64,000 nt of DNA from a virus (IMGVR_UViG_2974638963_000001:1-64000), one strand, 5' to 3'; numbered from the stretch's first letter, positions 36,461 through 46,149 are shown. Numbers and translations are program-made. The notes: generated from the letters alone by a model not told the origin.

Positions 36461-36477
36461 GTAAGTCTCCTATAAAA

Positions 36478-36555
36478 TGGGGTGACGGACGGGACTTGAA
36501 CCCGCACATTCCCGAATCACAATCGGGGGCATTAAACCAATTCTGCTACCGCCAC
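36478..36555 (-). tRNA. tRNA-His(GTG)
   Basis: loop TTGTGAT, C73; encoded -1 base is T. Confidence 0.9.
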
Positions 36556-36695
36556 ATCTAAGAGACCTCGTAAAGTGTCTTAGATGTAGGCGATAAAGCC
36601 TACACTAGATTTATGAATGCTCTTGTCAGTCACGAACATTGGAACATTACCGTTAATCTACAACGCCGCAAGCACCCCCTCACGGTGGAGACTTC

Positions 36696-36770
36696 TGGTG
36701 CACCATAGTGGTATCGAACCACTCTATCAGGCTCTTCAAACCTGCGCTAATCCATCTCAGCTAACGGTGC
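36696..36770 (-). tRNA. tRNA-Phe(GAA)
   Basis: loop TTGAAGA. Confidence 0.9.
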
Positions 36771-36775
36771 GTATT

Positions 36776-36852
36776 TGGCAGGTATGACGGGGATCGAACC
36801 CGCTATCTCCGCAGTGACAGTGCGGTGTCTTGTCCATTTCGACCTCATACCT
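36776..36852 (-). tRNA. tRNA-Asp(GTC)
   Basis: loop CTGTCAC. Confidence 0.95.
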
Positions 36853-36858
36853 ATTGTT

Positions 36859-36934
36859 TGGTGGAGAAAAGGGGATTTGAACCCCTAACCGTCTGCTTGC
36901 AAAGCAGGTGCTCTACCAATTGAGCTACATCCCC
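36859..36934 (-). tRNA. tRNA-Ala(TGC)
   Basis: loop TTTGCAA, G3-U70. Confidence 0.95.
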
Positions 36935-36941
36935 ATAAATT

Positions 36942-37018
36942 TGGTCTCGAATAAAGGATTTGAACCTTTGACCCCACCGCCCCAAACGGCGTACTCTACC
37001 AGACTGAGCTAATCCGAG
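36942..37018 (-). tRNA. tRNA-Pro(TGG)
   Basis: loop TTTGGGG. Confidence 0.9.
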
Positions 37019-37230
37019 ATAATTTCACTACCTAGTTCGATATGAGCTATTTCTAGACGATCACCACGTTCCCAATCATCACACTGCATATCAACCTTTT
37101 CAAATATGAAGTCTTGACTTTCTTGACTAGTCATAGACTTCAAACTTTCAAATTCTTCATCAGTCAAAGATACTTCTGATGTTACTTCAATAACTTCTGT
37201 TGCATATACTTTATAAACACGTTTAGTCAT
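37009..37230 (-). CDS. hypothetical acidic protein
   Basis: start reassigned to MTKRV. Confidence 0.65.
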   Translation of the reverse strand: MTKRVYKVYATEVIEVTSEVSLTDEEFESLKSMTSQESQDFIFEKVDMQCDDWERGDRLEIAHIELGSEIISD

Positions 37231-37311
37231 TTTTATTTCCTTTCTCAAGTTTATAAATATATTATACAGTATATTTAAGCATTTAGCAACTGATTTAATA
37301 AACTTTTTGCT

Positions 37312-37461
37312 CTACGCTAAGTTATAAATAAGTGAACTTATTTGGTCAGCACTTACTGAGAATAGTAAGGCATATACTGACTGGTCGTATCGCTCACCTA
37401 GTCTAACAAATATTAGTTTACCAGTGCCTTTATTTCTAGCAATGTATATTACATCATCCAT
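37312..37461 (-). CDS. hypothetical protein
   Basis: start reassigned to MDDV after GAGGT. Confidence 0.55.
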   Translation of the reverse strand: MDDVIYIARNKGTGKLIFVRLGERYDQSVYALLFSVSADQISSLIYNLA

Positions 37462-37476
37462 AAAGACCTCAGAAAT

Positions 37477-37570
37477 TGGAGGAAGAAGCGGGGCTCGAAC
37501 CCGCACACCGTCTTTCGACAGCTACTAACTGTTTAGCAAACAGTTCCCTTACCATTAGGGTTACTCTTCC
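37477..37570 (-). tRNA. tRNA-Ser(GCT)
   Basis: loop TTGCTAA, long arm. Confidence 0.9.
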
Positions 37571-37752
37571 TCTGTGTAAAACTTTAGTTCAGCTATTAAC
37601 TGCTGCATTTTAGCTTTTCGCTTATCATATCCAGCTTCCGGTTTTTCCGCATGTGCCTTATCTAATAGATCTAACATAACCTCAGCTAACGCTAGGGCGG
37701 CAAAACTCATTTTATTGATGCTTTCTTTAGCACCTAGTTTATCGTGTTCCAT
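37561..37752 (-). CDS. hypothetical protein
   Basis: 63 aa. Confidence 0.6.
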   Translation of the reverse strand: MEHDKLGAKESINKMSFAALALAEVMLDLLDKAHAEKPEAGYDKRKAKMQQLIAELKFYTEEE

Positions 37753-37796
37753 AATTTTATCCTATATTTTAATCCTGCGCCCCAGAGCTACAGTGT

Positions 37797-38270
37797 TTAG
37801 TAATCGTCGTCAAATTCGATTTCTTCGTTTAGGTTTTCGCTATTCGAGATAACGTGAACCCCAACATTAAATACCCTAGACAAATATTCTGCAATAAGCT
37901 GAGCCTCCTCAACTTTACAATTAACTTCATCGTAGAAGATGATCTCGCCTTTAGCATTGATATAACTTTGCTTAGTTATCTGGTACAGATCAGGCATTAA
38001 GTAATGGATAAAGTCCCACTCGTCAATCTGATCTTCAGTAAGGCTAGGTGCACCAGCAATTACGATACCTTTCTTAATCCATTCACGAAATACAGTTTCG
38101 ATATAGTCATAGTCTACGCTATCGTAGCAATGAGCAAATGGAACAAGATTAATATCTACTTCTGGGTGCTCTTCACACTCAATGCGCCAACCTGAGGCAT
38201 AACCGCCACCACAAGTCTCGCAGTCCATACTGTCGTGCAAACGAGTTACCCTAACATAAATCTGACCCAT
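37797..38270 (-). CDS. hypothetical protein
   Basis: start reassigned to MGQIY (upstream part of ORF is tRNA-Lys); DCETCG motif. Confidence 0.7.
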   Translation of the reverse strand: MGQIYVRVTRLHDSMDCETCGGGYASGWRIECEEHPEVDINLVPFAHCYDSVDYDYIETVFREWIKKGIVIAGAPSLTEDQIDEWDFIHYLMPDLYQITKQSYINAKGEIIFYDEVNCKVEEAQLIAEYLSRVFNVGVHVISNSENLNEEIEFDDDY

Positions 38271-38287
38271 TGTATCTCCTAGAAAAG

Positions 38288-38363
38288 TGGTACGCCGTAT
38301 AGGAGTCGAACCTACAACCTCGGGATTAAAAATCCCTTGCTCTGCCAATTGAGCTAACGACGC
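38288..38363 (-). tRNA. tRNA-Lys(TTT)
   Basis: loop TTTTTAA. Confidence 0.95.
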
Positions 38364-38364
38364 T

Positions 38365-38680
38365 GAAATTAATTAAGGTTGATTTCCCTGTACCCTGGCA
38401 GAGGTAAACTAAGCCACCACAGCTTAGAACTTCTTTGAGACGGTCTTGCGAAGAAATTAGTCACCTAGTTATTCACACTCACCGTTTCAAGGAGTAAATG
38501 TTACTAGAACTGGTATGAGGTACGCTCTTTCTCACCACTCGAGCTGCTGTAGGGACTCGAACCCTACAGAGCATAGGTTTACCCTCTAAACTGTATCTTC
38601 GCCCGTTTCGTGCTTGCCACACGCTCGTATCGGACTCTGTAATAACTCAAAGATTTCAGGAAAATCACTTAATTAATCTC
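38365..38680 (-). ncRNA. candidate ~315 nt structured RNA
   Basis: own promoter (38696-38724), long closing stem, internal T-loop hairpin, no ORF. Confidence 0.65.
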
Positions 38681-38804
38681 GATTTCATAAAATATATTAT
38701 ATCAATAAATTAAGCACTTGACAAGTAATTTTTTAAAATATTTACTAGAGAGCTAATGACTAACTATCTAGTAAATATCCCCTCTTTCGAGGGGATATCA
38801 TTAA

Positions 38805-39374
38805 TTACTTAGTGAACTTTATAGATTCTTGAACACGAGTTTCAAAGATACCTTGAGTTCTAGCATCAGATACGATTGCACATAACGAATCAATATCTTT
38901 CTTAGGGAATCCAGCAAAGGCTAAGAATCGACCTTTCCAGAAGTATTCTAACTGATTACGATACGTAGCACACTGCTCTAACTTACGGTTCTGAGCAATA
39001 GCGAACTCATTACGACCTGCCGTTATTTCATGTTGTATATTCAAGTACAGAGCTGAATCTAGATTCAGGTTACGTTCTTGAATCCATTGAAAAACTGCTT
39101 TGGAGCCATCTGCACCATAACGACCTTGGAAAGTTTCTTTAATTACTTCCTTTAAATCGTCTTTGTACATTTCAGGGACTTGAATGATTTCCCCAATTTT
39201 CACGGTGTAGTTACTAAGTTTATTCTCAGATTCTTTATCTAACCGAACGATGTTGTTTTCCATTCGTGTAGCTTCGTTAGATGTCGATACGTACCCTGCA
39301 AAGATACCTAAGCCACCAACGATAAGAATAGTTAAGAATGTAAGAATAGCTACTAGACCTTTGGTCAATTTCAT
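38805..39374 (-). CDS. membrane-anchored protein (LemA-like)
   Basis: N-terminal TM, helical body, C-terminal FAGFP. Confidence 0.6.
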   Translation of the reverse strand: MKLTKGLVAILTFLTILIVGGLGIFAGYVSTSNEATRMENNIVRLDKESENKLSNYTVKIGEIIQVPEMYKDDLKEVIKETFQGRYGADGSKAVFQWIQERNLNLDSALYLNIQHEITAGRNEFAIAQNRKLEQCATYRNQLEYFWKGRFLAFAGFPKKDIDSLCAIVSDARTQGIFETRVQESIKFTK

Positions 39375-40420
39375 TATAAATCCTCTTTAATACAAAAGAT
39401 AGCAAAGCCGATATTGGCGATAAAGTTTAACACAATTACAAATATCAAAGCACCAGTCGGAATATCTACTACATCATCTAGGTACTTAAATGTATCATTT
39501 GGTAATCGCTTGTAGTGCTTAACAATTAAATCATACTGGGTCTGTACTAGACTTAGATTAAACTCTGGAGAACCAAGACCAGTAGCCGCTAATTTAGTCA
39601 GCAGTAACTGATTATCTTGTCCATTCCCAAGAGTGTTCGCTCTTAGCCATTTTACCTTGTTATCGTCATCTAAACTGTATACAATAACAACATCATTCTT
39701 TTTACCACCATGCCATTTATGCATAAGTGCGTCAAAGAAGTCTTCACCAGCTTGTGTAACCACTAAAGTTATATTGAGCTGGTAAGTAGAACCATCTAAC
39801 CTCAACTTTTCATTGAGAAAGTTGTTGATATCAGGTGCATACTTACCAACAATTCTATTTATTCTGTAGTAATCATATACTCGTGGATAGTCAGGTAAAC
39901 TATCAGCGTACTTTTCTAAAGTAGCATCTTCCACAACGTACATACCTTTATCTAACCTAGTGTAATTATTAACACTAAATGTTGCTGAGTACGGCTCATT
40001 TACTACAGCGGCTGACCATCTAGGGGGCTCTTTAAGCCCACGTCGATCAACTCGACTAATTTTTGAGTAGTCAATGGTAGACTCTACGATCCAGTCTACA
40101 TCATAAGAATGCTCGTCACAATAGATTGGTATACAGGTTCTATTGCCTTTTGAGTCTGTAGAACATGTTTCGCCACATTTATATTGATGTTCACAACTAA
40201 CACGTTCAGAATATTTTTTGGTTACATAACCATTTCGTATTTCAGTATCCCATTTACCGGAGCTTGCTGCAAAAACAGCCATTCCTAGCATTAATAGAGA
40301 ACTGAATGCTGCTACCCCTAACTGAATAAGTAGCTCTTTTCTAGAGATCTTATGTCTAAAGAAAATGTTAGAGGTAGCAACTACAAACAGGGAACAGGCA
40401 AATAAGATAATGAAATACAT
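39374..40420 (-). CDS. membrane protein with Cys-rich periplasmic segment
   Basis: 2 N-terminal TM, 1 C-terminal TM, GGKKND motif. Confidence 0.75.
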   Translation of the reverse strand: MYFIILFACSLFVVATSNIFFRHKISRKELLIQLGVAAFSSLLMLGMAVFAASSGKWDTEIRNGYVTKKYSERVSCEHQYKCGETCSTDSKGNRTCIPIYCDEHSYDVDWIVESTIDYSKISRVDRRGLKEPPRWSAAVVNEPYSATFSVNNYTRLDKGMYVVEDATLEKYADSLPDYPRVYDYYRINRIVGKYAPDINNFLNEKLRLDGSTYQLNITLVVTQAGEDFFDALMHKWHGGKKNDVVIVYSLDDDNKVKWLRANTLGNGQDNQLLLTKLAATGLGSPEFNLSLVQTQYDLIVKHYKRLPNDTFKYLDDVVDIPTGALIFVIVLNFIANIGFAIFCIKEDL

Positions 40421-40455
40421 CTGGTTTCCTTAGATTGTAGTTGCTTTATTAAAAT

Positions 40456-40531
40456 TGGTGCACCTAGGAGGGACTCGAACCCACAACCAAGCCCTTATGA
40501 GGGGCACGCTCTACCATTAAGCTACTGGTGC
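40456..40531 (-). tRNA. tRNA with CAT anticodon (elongator Met or Ile2)
   Basis: loop CTCATAA, A73. Confidence 0.85.
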
Positions 40532-40539
40532 GATAAAAC

Positions 40540-40920
40540 TTAACCCGCTAACGCGTATAAATCACCTGCTAACAGCTCATGGGATTCACCAGTCTGACCG
40601 TGCGTTACGCCCATGATAACAACATCTTCATCTTCGCCACCCTGTTTAACTTGTTCAGCCATAACAGTGAATACATGGATTGCGTTATCATTTAAATCGC
40701 CATTCTCGATTGCGAAGATAACATCTTCCATCATCAGAGTTGCTTCGCCATCTTCGCTTGGAACTACGATGAACCAATCTTCTAGCATACCCTCTGCGAT
40801 TGCAAAACGCATAAATTCAACAACGTCTTGTGGAGTCTCAATATTGATACCTTGATTTTCAAGCTCAGCGGTCATAACAGCAGAGATAACGCCAGCGATT
40901 TTAACAGTTACTTTAGACAT
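40540..40920 (-). CDS. hypothetical acidic protein
   Basis: 126 aa after early promoter. Confidence 0.7.
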   Translation of the reverse strand: MSKVTVKIAGVISAVMTAELENQGINIETPQDVVEFMRFAIAEGMLEDWFIVVPSEDGEATLMMEDVIFAIENGDLNDNAIHVFTVMAEQVKQGGEDEDVVIMGVTHGQTGESHELLAGDLYALAG

Positions 40921-40995
40921 ATTTTATTTCCTTTTGGATTGATTAATTTATAAGATATATTATACAGAATAATTCAGTATTTGGCAATTGAATTT

Positions 40996-41373
40996 TTAAT
41001 TATTAAACCCTGAGTCTACTAAATCGTATACCATATAGGCTGTTAGACTAACGCTAGTATCTTTATATGAGGATGAGAATACTACTTCATTATCAGATAC
41101 GGCGTGCACTTTTAGTAAAGTGTATAGTTGTAAAAAGAAAGTCACAGCTTCCGGAGTATAGTTGTTGTTCCTAGCAATTTCTACAGCTGATGGCATTAAC
41201 ATAGATACTGCCAGTGGTTCTCTCAATTTATATACAACTACATTATCTAATGACTCTACAAAGTCATACACAGTGGTTTCTTGTTCATCCCAGCCATATT
41301 CAGTCGCTAGTTCTTGTATAACTATATCAAAGTATTCGGGAATTGCTTCTTTTCCTGACATCAGTACCCTCAC
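40996..41373 (-). CDS. hypothetical protein
   Basis: ORF. Confidence 0.65.
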   Translation of the reverse strand: MRVLMSGKEAIPEYFDIVIQELATEYGWDEQETTVYDFVESLDNVVVYKLREPLAVSMLMPSAVEIARNNNYTPEAVTFFLQLYTLLKVHAVSDNEVVFSSSYKDTSVSLTAYMVYDLVDSGFNN

Positions 41374-41389
41374 TAATAAATATAAAAAT

Positions 41390-41464
41390 TGGCGTCCCCT
41401 ATAGGATTCGAACCTATGTATATCGGTTTAGAAGACCGATGCCTATCCTCTAGACTAAGGGGAC
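41390..41464 (-). tRNA. tRNA-Arg(TCT)
   Basis: loop CTTCTAA. Confidence 0.9.
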
Positions 41465-41471
41465 TTGAAAA

Positions 41472-41720
41472 TTAATCTTCAGGATCTAAATCTGTCTCTA
41501 CCATGGTGATAGTTACTTCTTCTGTGTCACCACTATCGGTTTGGCGCGAACCTTTACCCGTATCAGTAATAATCAGATTGAACAGTTCTTCGTCTGTAAG
41601 TGTGATAGCGTAGTCCGCTAGCAAAATTACTTGGATATCCCCAGGGGTTGCAAGTTCACCATCTACGATAAAGTGCTCAGGTGATTTATCTTTGCTAGTG
41701 ATATTAAATAGTAAATTCAT
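41472..41720 (-). CDS. hypothetical acidic protein
   Basis: 82 aa, AAGGA RBS. Confidence 0.65.
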   Translation of the reverse strand: MNLLFNITSKDKSPEHFIVDGELATPGDIQVILLADYAITLTDEELFNLIITDTGKGSRQTDSGDTEEVTITMVETDLDPED

Positions 41721-41798
41721 TTGTTGTTCCTTTTAAGTTAAAATTAGTGAGCAGTTTTGGAGATGCTCAGCTCCACGGTTTCCCAAGGTAGTAGGGAA

Positions 41799-42197
41799 TT
41801 AAGTTAATTCGATCCAATTTTCATTGGAAATGTTCTGACCGTACACACCGCCATAGAAGTAGGTATCTTCCCCAGGAAGTACGATATTACCACCGTAGTA
41901 CCCGTTATGTTCTGTACGACATTCCATATCCATGATACCGGTAGAGGTTAGTAATTTACAACCATAACGGTCTGTAACGTCACCGTATTCTGCATGGATA
42001 GAATCTAGAGTATAGTCCTCAATGCCTTGAATAACAAACGGCATTTTTACAGGTAATTCAACGTGTTGGAAGAAGCTACTAGCGCAACAATCTCCGTCTA
42101 CACGAATAATTAAATCTTCACCAGTATCTGTTACTAACTTGACAGCTAGATCATCGGATGCTAGAAATACCTGTACAATACATTTTCCGATTAACAT
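41799..42197 (-). CDS. hypothetical phage protein
   Basis: DCC...NGYYGG motifs. Confidence 0.75.
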   Translation of the reverse strand: MLIGKCIVQVFLASDDLAVKLVTDTGEDLIIRVDGDCCASSFFQHVELPVKMPFVIQGIEDYTLDSIHAEYGDVTDRYGCKLLTSTGIMDMECRTEHNGYYGGNIVLPGEDTYFYGGVYGQNISNENWIELT

Positions 42198-42214
42198 TTT
42201 ATGTTCCTCTTAAA

Positions 42215-42890
42215 GTTGAATTGGTAATGGGTTTAGGCTTTCTTCGTCTATATACAGTACGGTTACTAGTATTGTATGCATATTAAGTAGTGCCAGCGAA
42301 TGCTTAGCTTATAAGCCTCAGTTATCCTATTCTTTAACCACCTAGATGAACTAGACAGCCCAGTGTTATAACATAAGCGAGTTCGACACACCCATTTCGG
42401 GAAATACTCTACACTTTTTCCAGATACCCATCTTAGGTATTCCACCTAGGTCGGAGGTAGCCTCTCCTTTTATCCGGTGTGCTACGAGCAAAGTAGATCC
42501 CGAAATGGGGAGTGATCAATTCCTCATTTCCAAGTTAAGTACTTGGGACTCAATAGCCTAGTTCGCGACCTAGACTACTTATTCGTTGTTTTCACACATC
42601 ATGCTCCACGGGTGGAGGAATCGAACCTCTCTAGAGCGCTATTTCCCAGAATCCCGTATCTTCGCAGTTTTTGTGTTACTTACTTATTTTAGTCACTACT
42701 CCTTGAACCACATATACCACCCAGGTATACGTGGCGGGGCAGTAACAAAGGCAGAGTTTAGTGGTAGATTTAACTTACCAACATATTCTCTCAGATCTTG
42801 TACAGTGTGCGTTAGACCTCAGCGTAGTATGCCCGCTGTGCCTCTTATTAAATCGTACTTTTAGACTTAATTGCCGTGTTCCGATTCAAT
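42215..42890 (-). ncRNA. candidate ~670 nt large structured RNA
   Basis: own promoter (42897-42925), paired ends, many nested stems, T-loop, no sense-strand ORF. Confidence 0.7.
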
Positions 42891-42937
42891 ATAAATATTA
42901 TATCAAATAATAAATCAAATGGCAATTGATTTTTTAA

Positions 42938-43222
42938 TTATTTTATTTCGAACCCTGCAACTAGAGAATCTAGAGTTTCTAGAAACTTTAACGTTTCATT
43001 ACGTTCTGCATACAAGCGCTGGCGTTCTGCATCAAGTATATCAGTTATAGCCTGTAGCACCTCAGGGCGTAAATCCCCATGCCTAAACTCAGTTCCGAAT
43101 ATGTATGGACTTACTCCTACTCCGGAATTAATTTTATGGGCTGTTACTAACGCTTTGCCTACCCTATCTAGGACTCTCTCAAGAAACTCCTGGTGTAGTT
43201 GAACTTCTTTAACTGTTTTCAT
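42938..43222 (-). CDS. hypothetical protein
   Basis: 94 aa. Confidence 0.65.
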   Translation of the reverse strand: MKTVKEVQLHQEFLERVLDRVGKALVTAHKINSGVGVSPYIFGTEFRHGDLRPEVLQAITDILDAERQRLYAERNETLKFLETLDSLVAGFEIK

Positions 43223-43229
43223 TAAACAC

Positions 43230-43664
43230 CTACTTAGTGATTAGTGGTAAAACTGAACGAGCTACAGAGCTAGCTAACTTACCGTCGTATTGACCTAAGC
43301 GACGTGCTTTTAGAGTAGCCATAAGCTCACCTAAGTTTTCAGCACCTGCACACTCTTTTGTGAAGAAGTCATACAGATCATCCTCAGTCATTTGTACTGG
43401 TAACATACTTGTCAAAAGTTTTACGTACAGAGGGTCAGCTTCATATACTTGACCACTTAAAGCTGCCTTAGATCTAGTATCTTCTATAGCTTTTAACTGA
43501 GATTTAGCCCAAGTAATCATTTGATCACGAGAAACAAAATCTTTGCCAAATTTGTATTCTAAGTCACTGATGGCTGTAGAAACCACTTTAACCCATGCAG
43601 TGTCTTTACGTAAACGTGCTTGAAGCATTTCAGCTCGCAGGAAGTCTAACATTGACTCTTCCAT
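43230..43664 (-). CDS. GatB/YqeY-domain protein
   Basis: LPVQMTEDDL, LGELMATLK....GQYDGKLAS. Confidence 0.8.
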   Translation of the reverse strand: MEESMLDFLRAEMLQARLRKDTAWVKVVSTAISDLEYKFGKDFVSRDQMITWAKSQLKAIEDTRSKAALSGQVYEADPLYVKLLTSMLPVQMTEDDLYDFFTKECAGAENLGELMATLKARRLGQYDGKLASSVARSVLPLITK

Positions 43665-43665
43665 T

Positions 43666-44103
43666 TTATTTTCCTTTTAGTGAATAGAAACGGTGTCCAC
43701 CAATCTTCTCAATGAAATCCAACCTAGAATGATAAGCTAAAGGTTTTCCACTATGGAAGAATAGTGCATCGGGTACTGTCTCAGTAATATTACCAAAGTG
43801 GTAAGATACCATTGCTACTGCCTTAGATCTTATCCACATTTTAGGTTCTCTAATCGGGTATTTATGTGCCGTCCAAGAGAACTGGTACTTTTGGTATATT
43901 ACTCCGCAGTGTGTCGTAGGCTTAAATACTTTACTGTCTACTCGGTTATTTGTAACCTCAGCAACAGCAAATAATCCTCTAAGCGGCTCAGCTCTAGCCT
44001 CGTAGTAAATGTTCTCAGTAAGGCAAGTAACTTGAGGATTATCAGCTAGGCTAGGGACATTAGCCATTAACATCCCTAGTGTAAATGCTAGTTCAGGAGC
44101 CAT
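43666..44103 (-). CDS. SleB-like cell wall hydrolase
   Basis: CLTENIYYEARAE, QFSW, IGGHRFY. Confidence 0.85.
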   Translation of the reverse strand: MAPELAFTLGMLMANVPSLADNPQVTCLTENIYYEARAEPLRGLFAVAEVTNNRVDSKVFKPTTHCGVIYQKYQFSWTAHKYPIREPKMWIRSKAVAMVSYHFGNITETVPDALFFHSGKPLAYHSRLDFIEKIGGHRFYSLKGK

Positions 44104-44480
44104 TAAAGACCCTTTTGCTCCATCAGACGTAACGCAGCATCGTTATCAGAGGCTACTCGTCCACCTGTGGCGCGGTCTAAAATACGCAGTATCTTACGAA
44201 TACCTGCTTCACGAACCTGAGCACGTTCTACAAGACGTTCCATTTTGCGATGAATCAATTTAGGACTTACCATACGACCACCAGCGTATTTAGACGCACG
44301 ACCCGCCTCATCGCGCATACGAATCATTTTCGCATAGTTAAATACGTTTTGTGCTTGTTCCGCTGTTAAGCCGTATCCAGTCATTAATCCAGCAATACTA
44401 GAAGTGTCTACACCATCTAATTCATCATAGGTGATTAGGTCAGCTTTAGTACCTGCTAATTGAGTTTCTTGTTTAGTCAT
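44103..44480 (-). CDS. hypothetical protein
   Basis: 125 aa. Confidence 0.7.
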   Translation of the reverse strand: MTKQETQLAGTKADLITYDELDGVDTSSIAGLMTGYGLTAEQAQNVFNYAKMIRMRDEAGRASKYAGGRMVSPKLIHRKMERLVERAQVREAGIRKILRILDRATGGRVASDNDAALRLMEQKGL

Positions 44481-44491
44481 TTTTGTTATCC

Positions 44492-45220
44492 TTAGTTAAT
44501 TGCGTCAGTTAAAATTGCATGGCTTAAGTGAGCTTCTGCTAATGCGTCGAATAATGCATCATGATAATTCGGTACTAGGTCAAAGTGTTCAATCAAAGAC
44601 TTAGGAAGATTTGAGAATACCCATTTAGCATATTCTTCAGCATTCTTCACTAAATACCCGTAGGTTTCTGGACTGAAACGCTGTCTTGCCAGCCATTTAA
44701 GCGTTCTTGCAGATCCCACTTCTGTAAACCTGTACACCTTATGGTCAGGAAAGTGCAGATCGAAGATACCCATGTCAAACTCTGGTCCATTTCCTAGTAC
44801 GTGAGGTTCTTTACCTAGGTGTCTACGGAAAATTTGTGATACATCTTCGAACTGCCTGCTTCCGATAAACGACATAGTGCTGCCAGTATTAAATACATCA
44901 TTAAGCACAGGACCTACCATCGCGTATAAAGGTTCTGCGTTATTCCAGGTACGCAACTGAGACTCTCGTACAGCCTGAGCTATACGTTCAGATGTAAGCC
45001 ACCAGTTCTCTGTATCTGGGTCTGAGTGAAAATTCCCACTATCAACCTGAGACATAACACCCATCTTACCAATAAATAAGTACGGAAGTTCATGCTCTGG
45101 TACTATTGCGGCAAACGCAAATGTAGTCATGATAGGAATCAGTCCTGCAAATGCTGCTTCTTTAGGTCGAGATCTGGTCTCGATATCTAGAGCAGCCACT
45201 GTTTTGGTTAGAGCTTTCAT
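44492..45220 (-). CDS. DEDDh 3'-5' exonuclease-family protein
   Basis: LDIET, GNGPEFD, HDALFDA. Confidence 0.75.
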   Translation of the reverse strand: MKALTKTVAALDIETRSRPKEAAFAGLIPIMTTFAFAAIVPEHELPYLFIGKMGVMSQVDSGNFHSDPDTENWWLTSERIAQAVRESQLRTWNNAEPLYAMVGPVLNDVFNTGSTMSFIGSRQFEDVSQIFRRHLGKEPHVLGNGPEFDMGIFDLHFPDHKVYRFTEVGSARTLKWLARQRFSPETYGYLVKNAEEYAKWVFSNLPKSLIEHFDLVPNYHDALFDALAEAHLSHAILTDAIN

Positions 45221-45455
45221 GTTTGTCCTCTTGGTTAAAGAAATCTATCAAAGTCGTGCTTTGGTAGACATCCTCGTAAGGATTGTCTAATTCATAGTGG
45301 TATTGCTCGTCTAACATATCTTCATACTCAGACAAGCAATCACCCAGATTTAGTCTATCACGAACATAGTCCTTGGCGGAGCGATGTGCTCCACCTCGGT
45401 TAAAGTCATGCTTTGCGACTAGGTTTCTGGCGGCGACGGGTTTGGCGTTTCTCAT
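45162..45455 (-). CDS. hypothetical protein
   Basis: RNLVAKHDFNRGGAH motif. Confidence 0.65.
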   Translation of the reverse strand: MRNAKPVAARNLVAKHDFNRGGAHRSAKDYVRDRLNLGDCLSEYEDMLDEQYHYELDNPYEDVYQSTTLIDFFNQEDKHESSNQNSGCSRYRDQIST

Positions 45456-45783
45456 TGTCCTTTTCCTTTAGTGCCTTAGCACGTTTTTCTTCGTCGCGAA
45501 TACGACGTGTAGTTTCCCACACCTCTTCATGCTTCGCAAACTTAGATTCAGACACAAACAACTCTTTGTTGCCTGCTTCGTCTACAATCCAGACTTTAGC
45601 ATCTGGAAAGTTCCCCTTGCTCTTAGGCTTAGAGCGTGCAGTACCTTTAAAACCATCCTTAGACTGTACGTCATTTGGATGAGCTTTCAGGTGGCGAGCC
45701 AGACGACGCTCACGATTCTTCTGAGTCGTGATAGCCTTAGTATCAACCTTAACTTCAACTGCTTTCTTAGGTGCTTTAGCCAT
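45406..45783 (-). CDS. basic hypothetical protein
   Basis: RHLKAHPND motif; after early promoter. Confidence 0.7.
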   Translation of the reverse strand: MAKAPKKAVEVKVDTKAITTQKNRERRLARHLKAHPNDVQSKDGFKGTARSKPKSKGNFPDAKVWIVDEAGNKELFVSESKFAKHEEVWETTRRIRDEEKRAKALKEKDNEKRQTRRRQKPSRKA

Positions 45784-45870
45784 AATTTGATTTCCTTTTA
45801 TTAATTAATTTATGAGATATATTATACGTTAAATTCTAGTATTTGACAAGTAATTTTTTAATTTATTTAA

Positions 45871-46149
45871 TTACCGCCCAATATCCTTAGCTTGTTCTTC
45901 TGAGGCTATATACTGGTACGCACCTTTGTTGTACGCTGGGGCAGTACATAACTTCTTACGTTCTATTTCTTCTTGAGCCAAACGCTCACGTTCCTGCATT
46001 TCAGGGTCATCATAAACTGTATTTACCACCTCTGTTGGTTTAAACTCAGGTTTTCCAATCTTTACATTTGATTGTCTGCCACGAGGTGGTGAATATGTAG
46101 GCTTTCTATCAACTGCAAAAGTTGGAGGAGTATTATATGGCTTTTTCAT
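45871..46149 (-). CDS. hypothetical protein
   Basis: APAYNKGAYQY motif; start reassigned. Confidence 0.7.
   Translation of the reverse strand: MKKPYNTPPTFAVDRKPTYSPPRGRQSNVKIGKPEFKPTEVVNTVYDDPEMQERERLAQEEIERKKLCTAPAYNKGAYQYIASEEQAKDIGR

Noticed and set aside
38590-38640. Hammerhead or RNase P identity for the 315 nt RNA
   Set aside because: CUGANGA core and RNase P conserved regions not present.
41775-41790. -1 frameshift signal (GGGAAAC plus pseudoknot)
   Set aside because: Lies after a stop codon, spacer only 3 nt, and both frames close quickly.
42586-42864. 92 aa plus-strand ORF
   Set aside because: Antisense to local transcription, no RBS.
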